From a virus (lineage: Duplodnaviria > Heunggongvirae > Uroviricota > Caudoviricetes): a stretch of 48,442 bases of DNA. The notes beneath the pieces are model-generated. The model did no database searches, had not been told where the DNA came from, and saw nothing but the letters and a program-made list of their open reading frames with translations. The DNA lies in IMG/VR virus record IMGVR_UViG_3300039208_000529, positions 1 through 48,442 of that record; one strand, written 5' to 3'. Below, one piece after another: positions 24,965-33,362 of the stretch. Each line of letters opens with the position of its first letter. Positions within the stretch are counted from its first letter, which is position 1. Position numbers and translations under genes: made by a program.

Positions 24965-25521
24965 ATATATTTTGAAACGTCAATTAGTCTTTTACAATTA
25001 GCTTCGAGGAGTTCTCTATTTTTATCTTCAAGCTCAAGAGCATTGTCTGGAGTAGGTTCTAAATTCCACGGATAATCATCGTCATACTCTTTAGTCCACC
25101 ATCTATAAAGATCTAGTATCTCGTCATGAATTTCTCTATCTTCCTCCCTGTGGAACCAGTCAACTATACCCTCTTTTTTAGCAGGATACATCTCTTTTTC
25201 AACAAAATCACAAAGAACTTCAAACATAACATGCGGAAGAAGATGAGAACGATCACACCAAGTATGACCTAGTTTTCTAGGTTTAACGGTAGTATAGCGT
25301 TTCCATGCCCAGCATTTGAACTTATACCAAAGTTGATGAGGTCGTTTTTCATACGGAACTATGCGATAATATTTGAATAAAATCTTGATCCAAATAGTAT
25401 CAGCATCTTTCATTGTCATGTTACATTTGATACAGACCTCGCCGTCTTCATCGTCGTTCCAATCATACTCACAAACTTCAAATTCGCTTTTTGGGCACTT
25501 ATATCTAGTTAGTCTTACCAT
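24955..25521 (-). CDS. Hypothetical protein
   Basis: WCDR..LL...FE.L.DFVEKE...EI..LY.WW...LIDV..YMWT. Confidence 0.7.
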   Translation of the reverse strand: MVRLTRYKCPKSEFEVCEYDWNDDEDGEVCIKCNMTMKDADTIWIKILFKYYRIVPYEKRPHQLWYKFKCWAWKRYTTVKPRKLGHTWCDRSHLLPHVMFEVLCDFVEKEMYPAKKEGIVDWFHREEDREIHDEILDLYRWWTKEYDDDYPWNLEPTPDNALELEDKNRELLEANCKRLIDVSKYMWT

Positions 25522-25696
25522 TATCAAACACGTCAAAAAACTTAGATTCTGAATTATTCTTCCAAGGAATTTTCTGTTCAATAGCTTGAATTATTGCTGA
25601 AACTTCTGATGCACGTATTTCTAACGACCGCATTTCTCCTTTACGATCATTATAATCATCTCGACGTTTCCTCAACCATTGAAGCAGTTCATCCAT
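25505..25696 (-). CDS. Hypothetical protein, first gene of the minus-strand operon
   Basis: ATG 6 nt after the -10. Confidence 0.65.
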   Translation of the reverse strand: MDELLQWLRKRRDDYNDRKGEMRSLEIRASEVSAIIQAIEQKIPWKNNSESKFFDVFDNGKTN

Positions 25697-25702
25697 ACTT
25701 CT

Positions 25703-25730
25703 ATGGTACTAGGAACATGCAGATTGTCAA
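25703..25730 (-). promoter_or_regulatory. sigma70-type promoter, 16-bp spacer, probably leaderless
   Basis: TTGACA(25730-25725)-N16-TACCAT(25708-25703). Confidence 0.75.
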
Positions 25731-25737
25731 ATCATTT

Positions 25738-26394
25738 CTAGCGTTTTGTCGTCGAGATTAAATTCAACAAAGCTAACTTCGCATGGTAAAGTTCAAGTTC
25801 CGAAGGTTTTGCGTCAATATTATGTTCATTAAGAAACGGGAACATTAGCATTTTTTCCGCACCAGCAGGAACAACTATATCACCAGTTGCTGCTCCGTCA
25901 ACTTGAAAACTATTGATTACATGAGGAACTCCCAAGGCATGACCAATTTCATGCATCGCAACAGCCCTCGCCAAATCTAAGTCATCAGATATTTTAGCAA
26001 CATTGAGAGTCAAGGTGTTGCTTCCTTCAAACCACGCTCCCACTCTAGATGGGTCTAAATCATTCTCTACCATTTCAACAATAATAACGTTTTTTCTAGA
26101 AAGAGGAGATAACAGAGGAAACAGTTGTGTGAAATCTTTATTTTCAACGAAGACGGCAGCCTCAATTGGCAAATCAACAGTCCAAGCACTAATGGCTTCC
26201 TCTACAGCCTGGGCCACAACCGGATATTGTTCTATTTCACTTGTAAAAAGCACAAACTCAATTCGTATAGAGAACTCTTGGTCAGTATCGGCAGCTGGGG
26301 GTGAGATAAAAACTACTTCCGTGTTGTTAGACTGGCCAGCACACCCACACAAAAGTAAACCCGTTAAAATTAATGACAGCAGCCTCATGGCCAC
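25738..26394 (-). CDS. Lipoprotein metzincin (matrixin/M10-like) metalloprotease
   Basis: LLCG-C lipobox; HEIGHALGVPH; LMFP Met-turn. Confidence 0.85.
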   Translation of the reverse strand: MAMRLLSLILTGLLLCGCAGQSNNTEVVFISPPAADTDQEFSIRIEFVLFTSEIEQYPVVAQAVEEAISAWTVDLPIEAAVFVENKDFTQLFPLLSPLSRKNVIIVEMVENDLDPSRVGAWFEGSNTLTLNVAKISDDLDLARAVAMHEIGHALGVPHVINSFQVDGAATGDIVVPAGAEKMLMFPFLNEHNIDAKPSELELYHAKLALLNLISTTKR

Positions 26395-26432
26395 CCCTCC
26401 TTTCCCAAGTATATAGTAAAGAACACAAATTA

Positions 26433-26601
26433 CTATATAACAATACGCTAAAACAAGAAAAAGCTGGAAAAGGGAAAAATAACAGCATATATGCCTTATA
26501 CACTATAGCTTGGCTGTGAGTCCTTGATTTTCCGCCGTCCTTCTTGGCTCCGGCCCTAATAAGCTATTGAGCTTATAATGACATCAAAACAACAAAGTGT
26601 A
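26433..26601. promoter_or_regulatory. Divergent intergenic region with late-type motifs
   Basis: Minus strand TTAGCGTATT (26451-26442) and TAGTGTA (26505-26499); plus strand AAGTGTA (26595-26601). Confidence 0.45.
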
Positions 26602-26612
26602 CATAGGTTTCT

Positions 26613-26876
26613 ATGAAAGCAAAAGTAATCCGAGAGAACACCTTGGCAGAAGCTAACTTACGTCTCACTAAGGACGTTCAAGTAGGCTACTTTAAGATAG
26701 TAGGAATTGGTCCTAACACAATCGAGAGTTGCGAAGGAAATGTAGAAGAGATCCGGCAGATACTAGTAAAACAGCCCGGATTTTTTATTTTAAGCGACTC
26801 GCAGGAAGACATGCGAGAAACGCTACATCAACTAGTTGACAAATTTTGTGATGCGTTGGAGGTTAAAACATCATGA
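26613..26876 (+). CDS. Hypothetical protein
   Basis: First ORF of the + strand block; weak resemblance to 29503-29724. Confidence 0.7.
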   Translation: MKAKVIRENTLAEANLRLTKDVQVGYFKIVGIGPNTIESCEGNVEEIRQILVKQPGFFILSDSQEDMRETLHQLVDKFCDALEVKTS

Positions 26877-27223
26877 ATCAAAGAATTAAAAGAAGTGGTA
26901 AGGGAAAAGGCAATCGCACAGATTTTGTCGGTGTAAACACCGGAGGTCTGCAAAGTCGTATGACACCCAAAAAATCTGATGTTCAGATTCCGCAAAAAGC
27001 TACCGGCGAGCTGCCTGAGGAAAAAAATTTACAAGGTCTGGCAAAAGCTTCTCCTAAATTTAAACCAATTGAAGCTCCGGTTGAAAAAGTTAGTGCAGAA
27101 GAGCAATCTAGAATCTTAGAAGAGCAGGCTGAAGTTGTTTCAGTCGAACTAGATGACGACGATGTTGGAGAAGATCTTGACGTTAACGACATTTTGGACA
27201 GCCTTGAAAAAGAAGAAGACTAG
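26873..27223 (+). CDS. Hypothetical protein with basic N-terminus and acidic C-terminus
   Basis: ATGA overlap. Confidence 0.7.
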   Translation: MNQRIKRSGKGKGNRTDFVGVNTGGLQSRMTPKKSDVQIPQKATGELPEEKNLQGLAKASPKFKPIEAPVEKVSAEEQSRILEEQAEVVSVELDDDDVGEDLDVNDILDSLEKEED

Positions 27224-27229
27224 TATTAA

Positions 27230-27820
27230 ATGACTGCGATAGCACTAAGTGGACTACCTGTTTACAGTGAGATCACAGACATTGTTGAGGCTCTGATTAA
27301 TACAGAAGGGCGTAGATACCCAATTCCTGGAATGGATCATGAAGATATTGCCCAGGAAATTAGGCTTGAATGTCTTAGAGTGATGCAACACTATAATCCA
27401 GAACGCATTGGCCCTTCCCCATATAGATTTTTGCAGGTTTGTATTAGAAATTATTTGTATAACATGCGGAGGGGGATTTACGTTCCAAATAACCCTCCGT
27501 GTGTTAGATGTCCTATGTGGGACAGAATGAATAAGACATGTTTGGTTGACGAAATTGGCTGCGACAAGATTGTTCAATATAGACAGAATATGGCAAAGAA
27601 AGCAGCCTTAAAGAAGCCAGCATCTCTTGAAATTGATGTTTATGATAATAATGGCGATTCGAGCATAGATGCCGTAATGCTTGACGAAAGCATACGAGAG
27701 GCACTACCAGACCACCTCATTTCCTATTATCAGCAGATGATTAATGGCGAGCAGGTTCCGCCACGAATTAAACGACAAATTCGCAGTTTAGTTAAAGATA
27801 TACTTAAAGACGATGCCTAA
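27230..27820 (+). CDS. Phage sigma-factor-like protein
   Basis: Region-2-like DHEDIAQEIRLECLRVMQHYNP...FLQVCIRNYLYN; inserted CVRC..C..C zinc motif; short region-4-like end. Confidence 0.65.
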   Translation: MTAIALSGLPVYSEITDIVEALINTEGRRYPIPGMDHEDIAQEIRLECLRVMQHYNPERIGPSPYRFLQVCIRNYLYNMRRGIYVPNNPPCVRCPMWDRMNKTCLVDEIGCDKIVQYRQNMAKKAALKKPASLEIDVYDNNGDSSIDAVMLDESIREALPDHLISYYQQMINGEQVPPRIKRQIRSLVKDILKDDA

Positions 27821-28586
27821 GATATTTCCTGACGATCAAAGAGATGAAGTAATTCGACTACATGAACAGAAGTTGAATTATACCGATATAGCAAAAAAAA
27901 TGGCTGCTCGATATCCCGATCATTGGGATTTTAAAAACGCTCATCGTGCGGCATCGAAGATTATTAAAGAGCACAGAAATCGCCTTGTATCTGTAGTAAA
28001 AGATACTGAAAAAACTCTAGACGAGATGACTCGTGAGGAGCGTTTCGGTTTCATTCAGTCTAAACTGAAAAATACTCCTAGATTTAAAATGGCGTTTCGG
28101 AATTTTACTAATGACGAAAAAGAACTGTTTGTTGATGAATATCTTTCTATTTTGAAAGAAACAGATAGTTTGACTTCTGCTGAGGAGCAAATGTTGTTCA
28201 CCGGGATTTTTGAACTTATATTAGCATTTCAGGCTATTGGCAGAAAACAAAGAGAAGAAGATCTTTATCAGAGAACAATAAATGGAGAGTTTCAAGAAGG
28301 TGATGCTCAGTTTAGAAGATTTGTTGATGATAAATATCAGAAAGAATACGATCAGCATATGAAGCTTTATCAAAAAACAATGACCGAGCTGAAAATGTCG
28401 AGAAAAGAACGTCTTGATAAAGTTAAAACTGAGCGTAGAACGCTTGTAGATTTGGCCGAGGAGCTATCTAGTAAAACAGCTCAGGCCGATGCGGCTGCAC
28501 ATATTGAAGAGTTATCGAAGTTACGGGATGAGGAATTAAAGTCCATGATTGAAAATAAATATATTCATGGAGTGTTTGAGGATTAG
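27813..28586 (+). CDS. Protein with N-terminal HTH and coiled coil (possible terminase small subunit)
   Basis: DEVIRLHEQKLNYTDIAKKM; lies upstream of the packaging genes. Confidence 0.45.
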   Translation: MPKIFPDDQRDEVIRLHEQKLNYTDIAKKMAARYPDHWDFKNAHRAASKIIKEHRNRLVSVVKDTEKTLDEMTREERFGFIQSKLKNTPRFKMAFRNFTNDEKELFVDEYLSILKETDSLTSAEEQMLFTGIFELILAFQAIGRKQREEDLYQRTINGEFQEGDAQFRRFVDDKYQKEYDQHMKLYQKTMTELKMSRKERLDKVKTERRTLVDLAEELSSKTAQADAAAHIEELSKLRDEELKSMIENKYIHGVFED

Positions 28587-28588
28587 GT

Positions 28589-29521
28589 ATGAAAATAGCA
28601 ATGCTGTATGCTGCGTGGGATGGAGAGGGCTGGTCTACTCCTATCGGAATTCACAATGAGCTTTTGTCTCGCGGTCACGAAATAAGACAGTACAATTTAT
28701 ATCATGATGATGGAGCGTTGCTCCCTGGTCGGAATATTAGAACGTATTCAGCACAGTGCTTAAACAAGCTTAAAAATGATATAGAACAGAATATATTTAC
28801 GCCGGATGTAGTTTTCCAGATGGATTATGGCGTGTTTGATGCTGGTCAACTCGATAAAAGATATTTTCCTAATACAGTCTGGGTTATGGAAGCGGGAGAT
28901 GAGCCTCAATCTCATCGTATGAATTTTTCCAAAGCTCATAAATTTCACGCCGTTTTAAGCCCAGACTATCCTTCATATGAGAGATACATTCAATCTGGAT
29001 TGATAGCGGATTGGTGGACTCATCATGCAGATACTAGAATTTTTCATCCCAGAGACGACGTGTCGGAAGTTTTTGATTGTGTTACTACATGTGGGCCACG
29101 AGGCAATGGTCTTACTAAGAAAGTAGAGAAAGCTCTTAAAGGAAGATTTAATAACGAACGTTATTTTTTTGGAATGGAGCATGGTAAGAGACTTTGTATG
29201 GGTAAAATGGTGTTTCAATGTTCTCAGCATGGCGAAGTAACTCGTAGGGTATTTGAGGGCATGGCTTGTGGCAAGATGGTTATTGCAGATCGTCTTCCGG
29301 AACAAACCCGCATGCACGAGCTGTTCGTTGATGGGGAAGATATAGTGTATTATGATAATGCTGATGATGCTATAGATAAAATTAATTATTACTCAAATAA
29401 CGACGAAGAGAGGTTGCGTATTGCAAAAAATGGGATGGAAAAAGTTTGGCAAGAACACTCTCAGATACAACGTGTTGACGCTTTAGAAAGAATAATTGAA
29501 GAATGCAGAATGTTAGTATAA
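28589..29521 (+). CDS. GT-B glycosyltransferase (CgeB/Glyco_trans_1-like)
   Basis: RRVFEGMACG, LFVDGEDIVYY, ERLRIAKNG. Confidence 0.85.
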   Translation: MKIAMLYAAWDGEGWSTPIGIHNELLSRGHEIRQYNLYHDDGALLPGRNIRTYSAQCLNKLKNDIEQNIFTPDVVFQMDYGVFDAGQLDKRYFPNTVWVMEAGDEPQSHRMNFSKAHKFHAVLSPDYPSYERYIQSGLIADWWTHHADTRIFHPRDDVSEVFDCVTTCGPRGNGLTKKVEKALKGRFNNERYFFGMEHGKRLCMGKMVFQCSQHGEVTRRVFEGMACGKMVIADRLPEQTRMHELFVDGEDIVYYDNADDAIDKINYYSNNDEERLRIAKNGMEKVWQEHSQIQRVDALERIIEECRMLV

Positions 29522-29724
29522 GTAAAGATCAGCTTGAAAAAATAGCTCAAGAAAACGACAAAATTGTTTTGAAGACAGGATTGGCAGTGCAAAGAGTTGA
29601 TAAGATTCATAAGGATTCTGCTCTGTTTCTTGATGCTTTTCCGACGTTTCTGTTGTGTGGAACAAAAGAGGAGATTAAAGCACAACTGATAAAAAATCTG
29701 GATGCAATGCTTGATGCCGTATAA
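29503..29724 (+). CDS. Hypothetical protein
   Basis: Packed ORF. Confidence 0.6.
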   Translation: MQNVSISKDQLEKIAQENDKIVLKTGLAVQRVDKIHKDSALFLDAFPTFLLCGTKEEIKAQLIKNLDAMLDAV

Positions 29725-30533
29725 TGACATCATCTCATAAACATCTTAGTCCTAATCAAAAAAAATGGGACTATTCTGTACAAAAATATAAAAGCTTGGA
29801 AAATCCTTTTGAGGAACCAAGTTTGTTTTCCATTCTTTTTATTGCGTGTGGTAGACCTCAAATAACTAAAAGATGTCTTCTATCTTCTTTGGATTCTGTT
29901 CTTAAATATACTGATGATGTTGAATGGGTCTTTATAGAGAATGGAGAATGTGATGAAAACTATCAACTTTTTCAAGAACTGGACCTAGAGAGAAAAGTAG
30001 TTGTAAGACAGAAAAATTATGGAATTAATCATGCCCTCAATCAGGCGTGGGCATTGTCTCGCGGCCAATGGTGTTTGATTCATGAGAATGATTGGGAATG
30101 TAGACTGTCTTTGGATTTCTTAAGAATAGCAAAGAGTGTTTTTCTGGAGAAACCTGAGGTTGGCATCTTACAACTTAGAGCAGTTAATGATCCTAACGAA
30201 AATTGGGGATATGGTAAGCCTGATTACAGTCCATGGTCTTCGTCTGATCAAGCTTTGTCAAAGGCAGGTATTAAGGTTTGGAGAGAACAGACTTCTGATG
30301 GCCACACATACTTTGTATCTCATTTTCCTAATGGATTTAATAACAATCCAACTATCATAGCTAAAAGTTTGTACACAGAATGCGGTCCATATCCAGAGCC
30401 AGAACTGGGAACAGATCCTAGACATGGAGAAACATTGTATCAAAATAAGGTTGCTAAAACTGATTGTGCTGTTGGACACATTGGTCTTGAACTTTATTTT
30501 CACTGCGGACAACAAACGACAAGTCCTATTTGA
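29724..30533 (+). CDS. GT-A (family 2) glycosyltransferase
   Basis: FSILFIACGR, FIENG, NYGINHALNQA, LIHENDW. Confidence 0.8.
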   Translation: MTSSHKHLSPNQKKWDYSVQKYKSLENPFEEPSLFSILFIACGRPQITKRCLLSSLDSVLKYTDDVEWVFIENGECDENYQLFQELDLERKVVVRQKNYGINHALNQAWALSRGQWCLIHENDWECRLSLDFLRIAKSVFLEKPEVGILQLRAVNDPNENWGYGKPDYSPWSSSDQALSKAGIKVWREQTSDGHTYFVSHFPNGFNNNPTIIAKSLYTECGPYPEPELGTDPRHGETLYQNKVAKTDCAVGHIGLELYFHCGQQTTSPI

Positions 30534-30790
30534 AGGAGAAAAAAATGATTAATATTGGAGACAGAATTCGTGTTGATGGAAGAGAAGTTACTATTGAGTC
30601 AATTTGGTCTCAGGGTGCTCATAAACGTTTTAATTTAAGTGATGGAACGTCTTCTTTGGATCTGCATACAAATCCAGGTGTTGAAGTTCTTCAGAAAAAA
30701 GAAACCCCAAAAGAAACTCGTAAATGGCAATGGCCGAATCTGCCAGTCGATAGAAACAAAAATGATGAGGTTGATGAATTAGGAGTGTAA
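30530..30790 (+). CDS. Hypothetical protein
   Basis: Packed ORF. Confidence 0.6.
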   Translation: MKEKKMINIGDRIRVDGREVTIESIWSQGAHKRFNLSDGTSSLDLHTNPGVEVLQKKETPKETRKWQWPNLPVDRNKNDEVDELGV

Positions 30791-31275
30791 TGCCACCTAA
30801 GCCTATTTTAATAATAGATACTAGAGAAAAAATTCCCTGGGATTATGATGGGGATGATTCTTTTGCTGAAATCAAGTCTAAGAAACTTGATGTTGGAGAT
30901 TATTCTATTGAGGGCATGGAAGATATTATAGTAATCGAGCGTAAAGCAGGAGCAGACGAACTCTATAATAATTTTGGTCAAAAGGGCGGAAAGCGTATTT
31001 ACGCTGAAATTGACAGGATGAAAGATCATAAAATCAAGATTATTATTGTAGAGCAGACTCTTGAAGAGATATTAGATCCCGAGTCTTATTATGTGAATAT
31101 ATCTGGAAAAAATAGATTTAGTAAAAGAATGCCACCAGCTGTTGTCGCGTCTAATTTAAATGAACTTATGTTGAAACATGGGGTTCAGGTTATATTCGCT
31201 GGATTTAAAGCTCAGGCTACAGCAAAAAATCTGTTGCTTAAAGCATATGAATTGCATCGCAAAGGTAAATTGTGA
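30790..31275 (+). CDS. ERCC4-domain nuclease
   Basis: IDTREK, LDVGDYS, IERKA. Confidence 0.85.
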   Translation: MPPKPILIIDTREKIPWDYDGDDSFAEIKSKKLDVGDYSIEGMEDIIVIERKAGADELYNNFGQKGGKRIYAEIDRMKDHKIKIIIVEQTLEEILDPESYYVNISGKNRFSKRMPPAVVASNLNELMLKHGVQVIFAGFKAQATAKNLLLKAYELHRKGKL

Positions 31276-33323
31276 ATTTAACTTCGGGACAGATCAGACG
31301 TAAAAAAGGGAAAAAATGGGAAACTGTTTTTACTCGCGATGATGTTGTCGAGGTTCTTGAGTCTCAAATTCCTACGCAATCTGTGTTTTACGGAGCACAA
31401 TTTTCTCTTTCGTGGTTTGTTGAAAAGGTTCTTAATAACCAACAAGGAAAACCTCTAAAACTCGAAGCGTTTCAAGCCGTGATGCTTGACATGCTTTGGA
31501 ACAAAAAATTTCCTATGGTGATTGCAAGTCGAGGAGCTGGCAAATCTTTCATCTTGGCGGTTTATGCTTTAATTAGGGCAATCTTAGTTCCTGGATCGAA
31601 AGTTGTTATTGTTGGTGCGGGATATAGACAAGCTAAAGTTGTGTTCAAGTATATTGAGCAATTGTACAACTCTAGTCCACTTATTCAAGAGGCAATTCGT
31701 CATCAAGGTGGTCCGAAGTATGGATCTGATTCGGCTACTTTACAAGTAGGACTTTCGTATATTAAAGCACTTCCAATTGGAGATGGAACGAAGGTTCGTG
31801 GTGAGCGTGCAACAGTGCTACTAGCCGATGAGTTCGCATCTATTCCAGAAGATATTTTTAACCATGTTCTTTCACCATTTACAGCTGTTCATGCTAATCC
31901 AGCTGAGCGAGCTGAAACAGTGCGTTTTATAAAGCGTATTAAGAAACTTGGTGCTTCAAAAGATCTTGTTACGTCTATTGAAGATACGCAAGGTTTTGGA
32001 AACCAAATTGTTATTTCTGGTACTCCGTCTTATAAACATAATCACTTTTATCATCGTTATAAAGCGTATTTAATGTTTATTAATTCTGGCGGAAATCTGC
32101 GAAGTCTTCGTCGTGCTCTTGAAGAGAGAGCACTTCAAACCACCGGTAAAGCTGACAGTATATCTGAAAAAGATGTGAACAGCATGATTAGAACTTGGAA
32201 ACATTATGCTGTGTATCAATTGCCGTATTATGGTCTACCTGAGGGATTTTTGGATGAAGATAATATTCGTTCAGATAGAGCAACATTTCCTAAGTCCAGA
32301 TTTGCTATGGAGTATGAAGCTCAATTCCCAGATGATTCCGATGGTTTTATTAAGAGATCATGGATTGAACGAGCGACACCTTCTCCAACACCCGAAGATC
32401 CCGGAGTTAAGCCAGTTTCTGTAGAACTCTATGGAGATCCTAGAGCGACATATGTAATGGGCTTGGACCCCGCTAGATGGAATGATAACTTTGGGTGTGT
32501 GGTTTTGAAGCTTACCCCAAGGGGGAAGGAGCTTGTTTATTGTACTGCTTGGCGGAGAGAAGAATATACGATTTCAGCAAAGAAGATTAGAGAGATATGT
32601 AAAAGATTTAATATTTCTTACATATGTATGGATAAGGGCGGCGGCGGAGATGCTACATATGAATGGTTATGCAAGAAGCAAGATGACGTAGATGACTCAG
32701 AACTTATTTGGTTAATTCCAGATCAATTGGAAAATAAATCTGATCTCTCTGCTCCAGGTCGTAATATTCTTGAATTCGTAAACTTTGCTGGAAATATTCC
32801 GGCTGATCTTGCTCACTCTGTGGAAGCTGCGATCGAACAATGTGAGATTTTATTTCCTGATCGAGCAGATGAATTAGAGATTCATAATCAGTATTGTAGA
32901 CATTTTAATGCTGAAGAATTGAACGATAGAGAAAAATTGGAATTGCAAAGAGATATTTGGGGGTTGGATGAGTGGGAAGCAGCTCAAGAAGATGAAGATT
33001 CTCGTATGGGAGTGATGCAGCATATAGACGAATGTATTAATGAGACCTGTGCGATCGTTAGAACAGTTAGTCCAAAAGGAACGGAATCGTTTGATTTACC
33101 CAAATTATCTGAGCAGCCAGAGGGACTTGATATGCGTAGACGAGACCGTTGGACCGCTTTGTTGCTGGCTAATTATGCAGCTAAAATTTATCTAGGCCAT
33201 GGTCATCGTAGAAAAAGCGTAATTGGTGCTCAGCCAGGCAAACCAAGAAATTATTCTGCGAGTGCTCGTCATCGAGGAGCTGGTCAAAGACGTGGTGCAG
33301 CAGCATGGTTTAATCCTCATTAG
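31272..33323 (+). CDS. Terminase large subunit
   Basis: FQ..ML, SRGAGKS (Walker A), LLADEF (Walker B), ISGT, FAMEYEA, GLDPA RNase-H-like nuclease, RRDRWTA. Confidence 0.92.
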   Translation: MNLTSGQIRRKKGKKWETVFTRDDVVEVLESQIPTQSVFYGAQFSLSWFVEKVLNNQQGKPLKLEAFQAVMLDMLWNKKFPMVIASRGAGKSFILAVYALIRAILVPGSKVVIVGAGYRQAKVVFKYIEQLYNSSPLIQEAIRHQGGPKYGSDSATLQVGLSYIKALPIGDGTKVRGERATVLLADEFASIPEDIFNHVLSPFTAVHANPAERAETVRFIKRIKKLGASKDLVTSIEDTQGFGNQIVISGTPSYKHNHFYHRYKAYLMFINSGGNLRSLRRALEERALQTTGKADSISEKDVNSMIRTWKHYAVYQLPYYGLPEGFLDEDNIRSDRATFPKSRFAMEYEAQFPDDSDGFIKRSWIERATPSPTPEDPGVKPVSVELYGDPRATYVMGLDPARWNDNFGCVVLKLTPRGKELVYCTAWRREEYTISAKKIREICKRFNISYICMDKGGGGDATYEWLCKKQDDVDDSELIWLIPDQLENKSDLSAPGRNILEFVNFAGNIPADLAHSVEAAIEQCEILFPDRADELEIHNQYCRHFNAEELNDREKLELQRDIWGLDEWEAAQEDEDSRMGVMQHIDECINETCAIVRTVSPKGTESFDLPKLSEQPEGLDMRRRDRWTALLLANYAAKIYLGHGHRRKSVIGAQPGKPRNYSASARHRGAGQRRGAAAWFNPH

Positions 33324-33338
33324 TGTAATCTAATATAG
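33320..33338 (+). promoter_or_regulatory. Putative late promoter
   Basis: TTAGTGTA-N8-TAG upstream of the portal gene. Confidence 0.6.
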
Positions 33339-33362
33339 TTACCAATATATTGGAGGGATATA

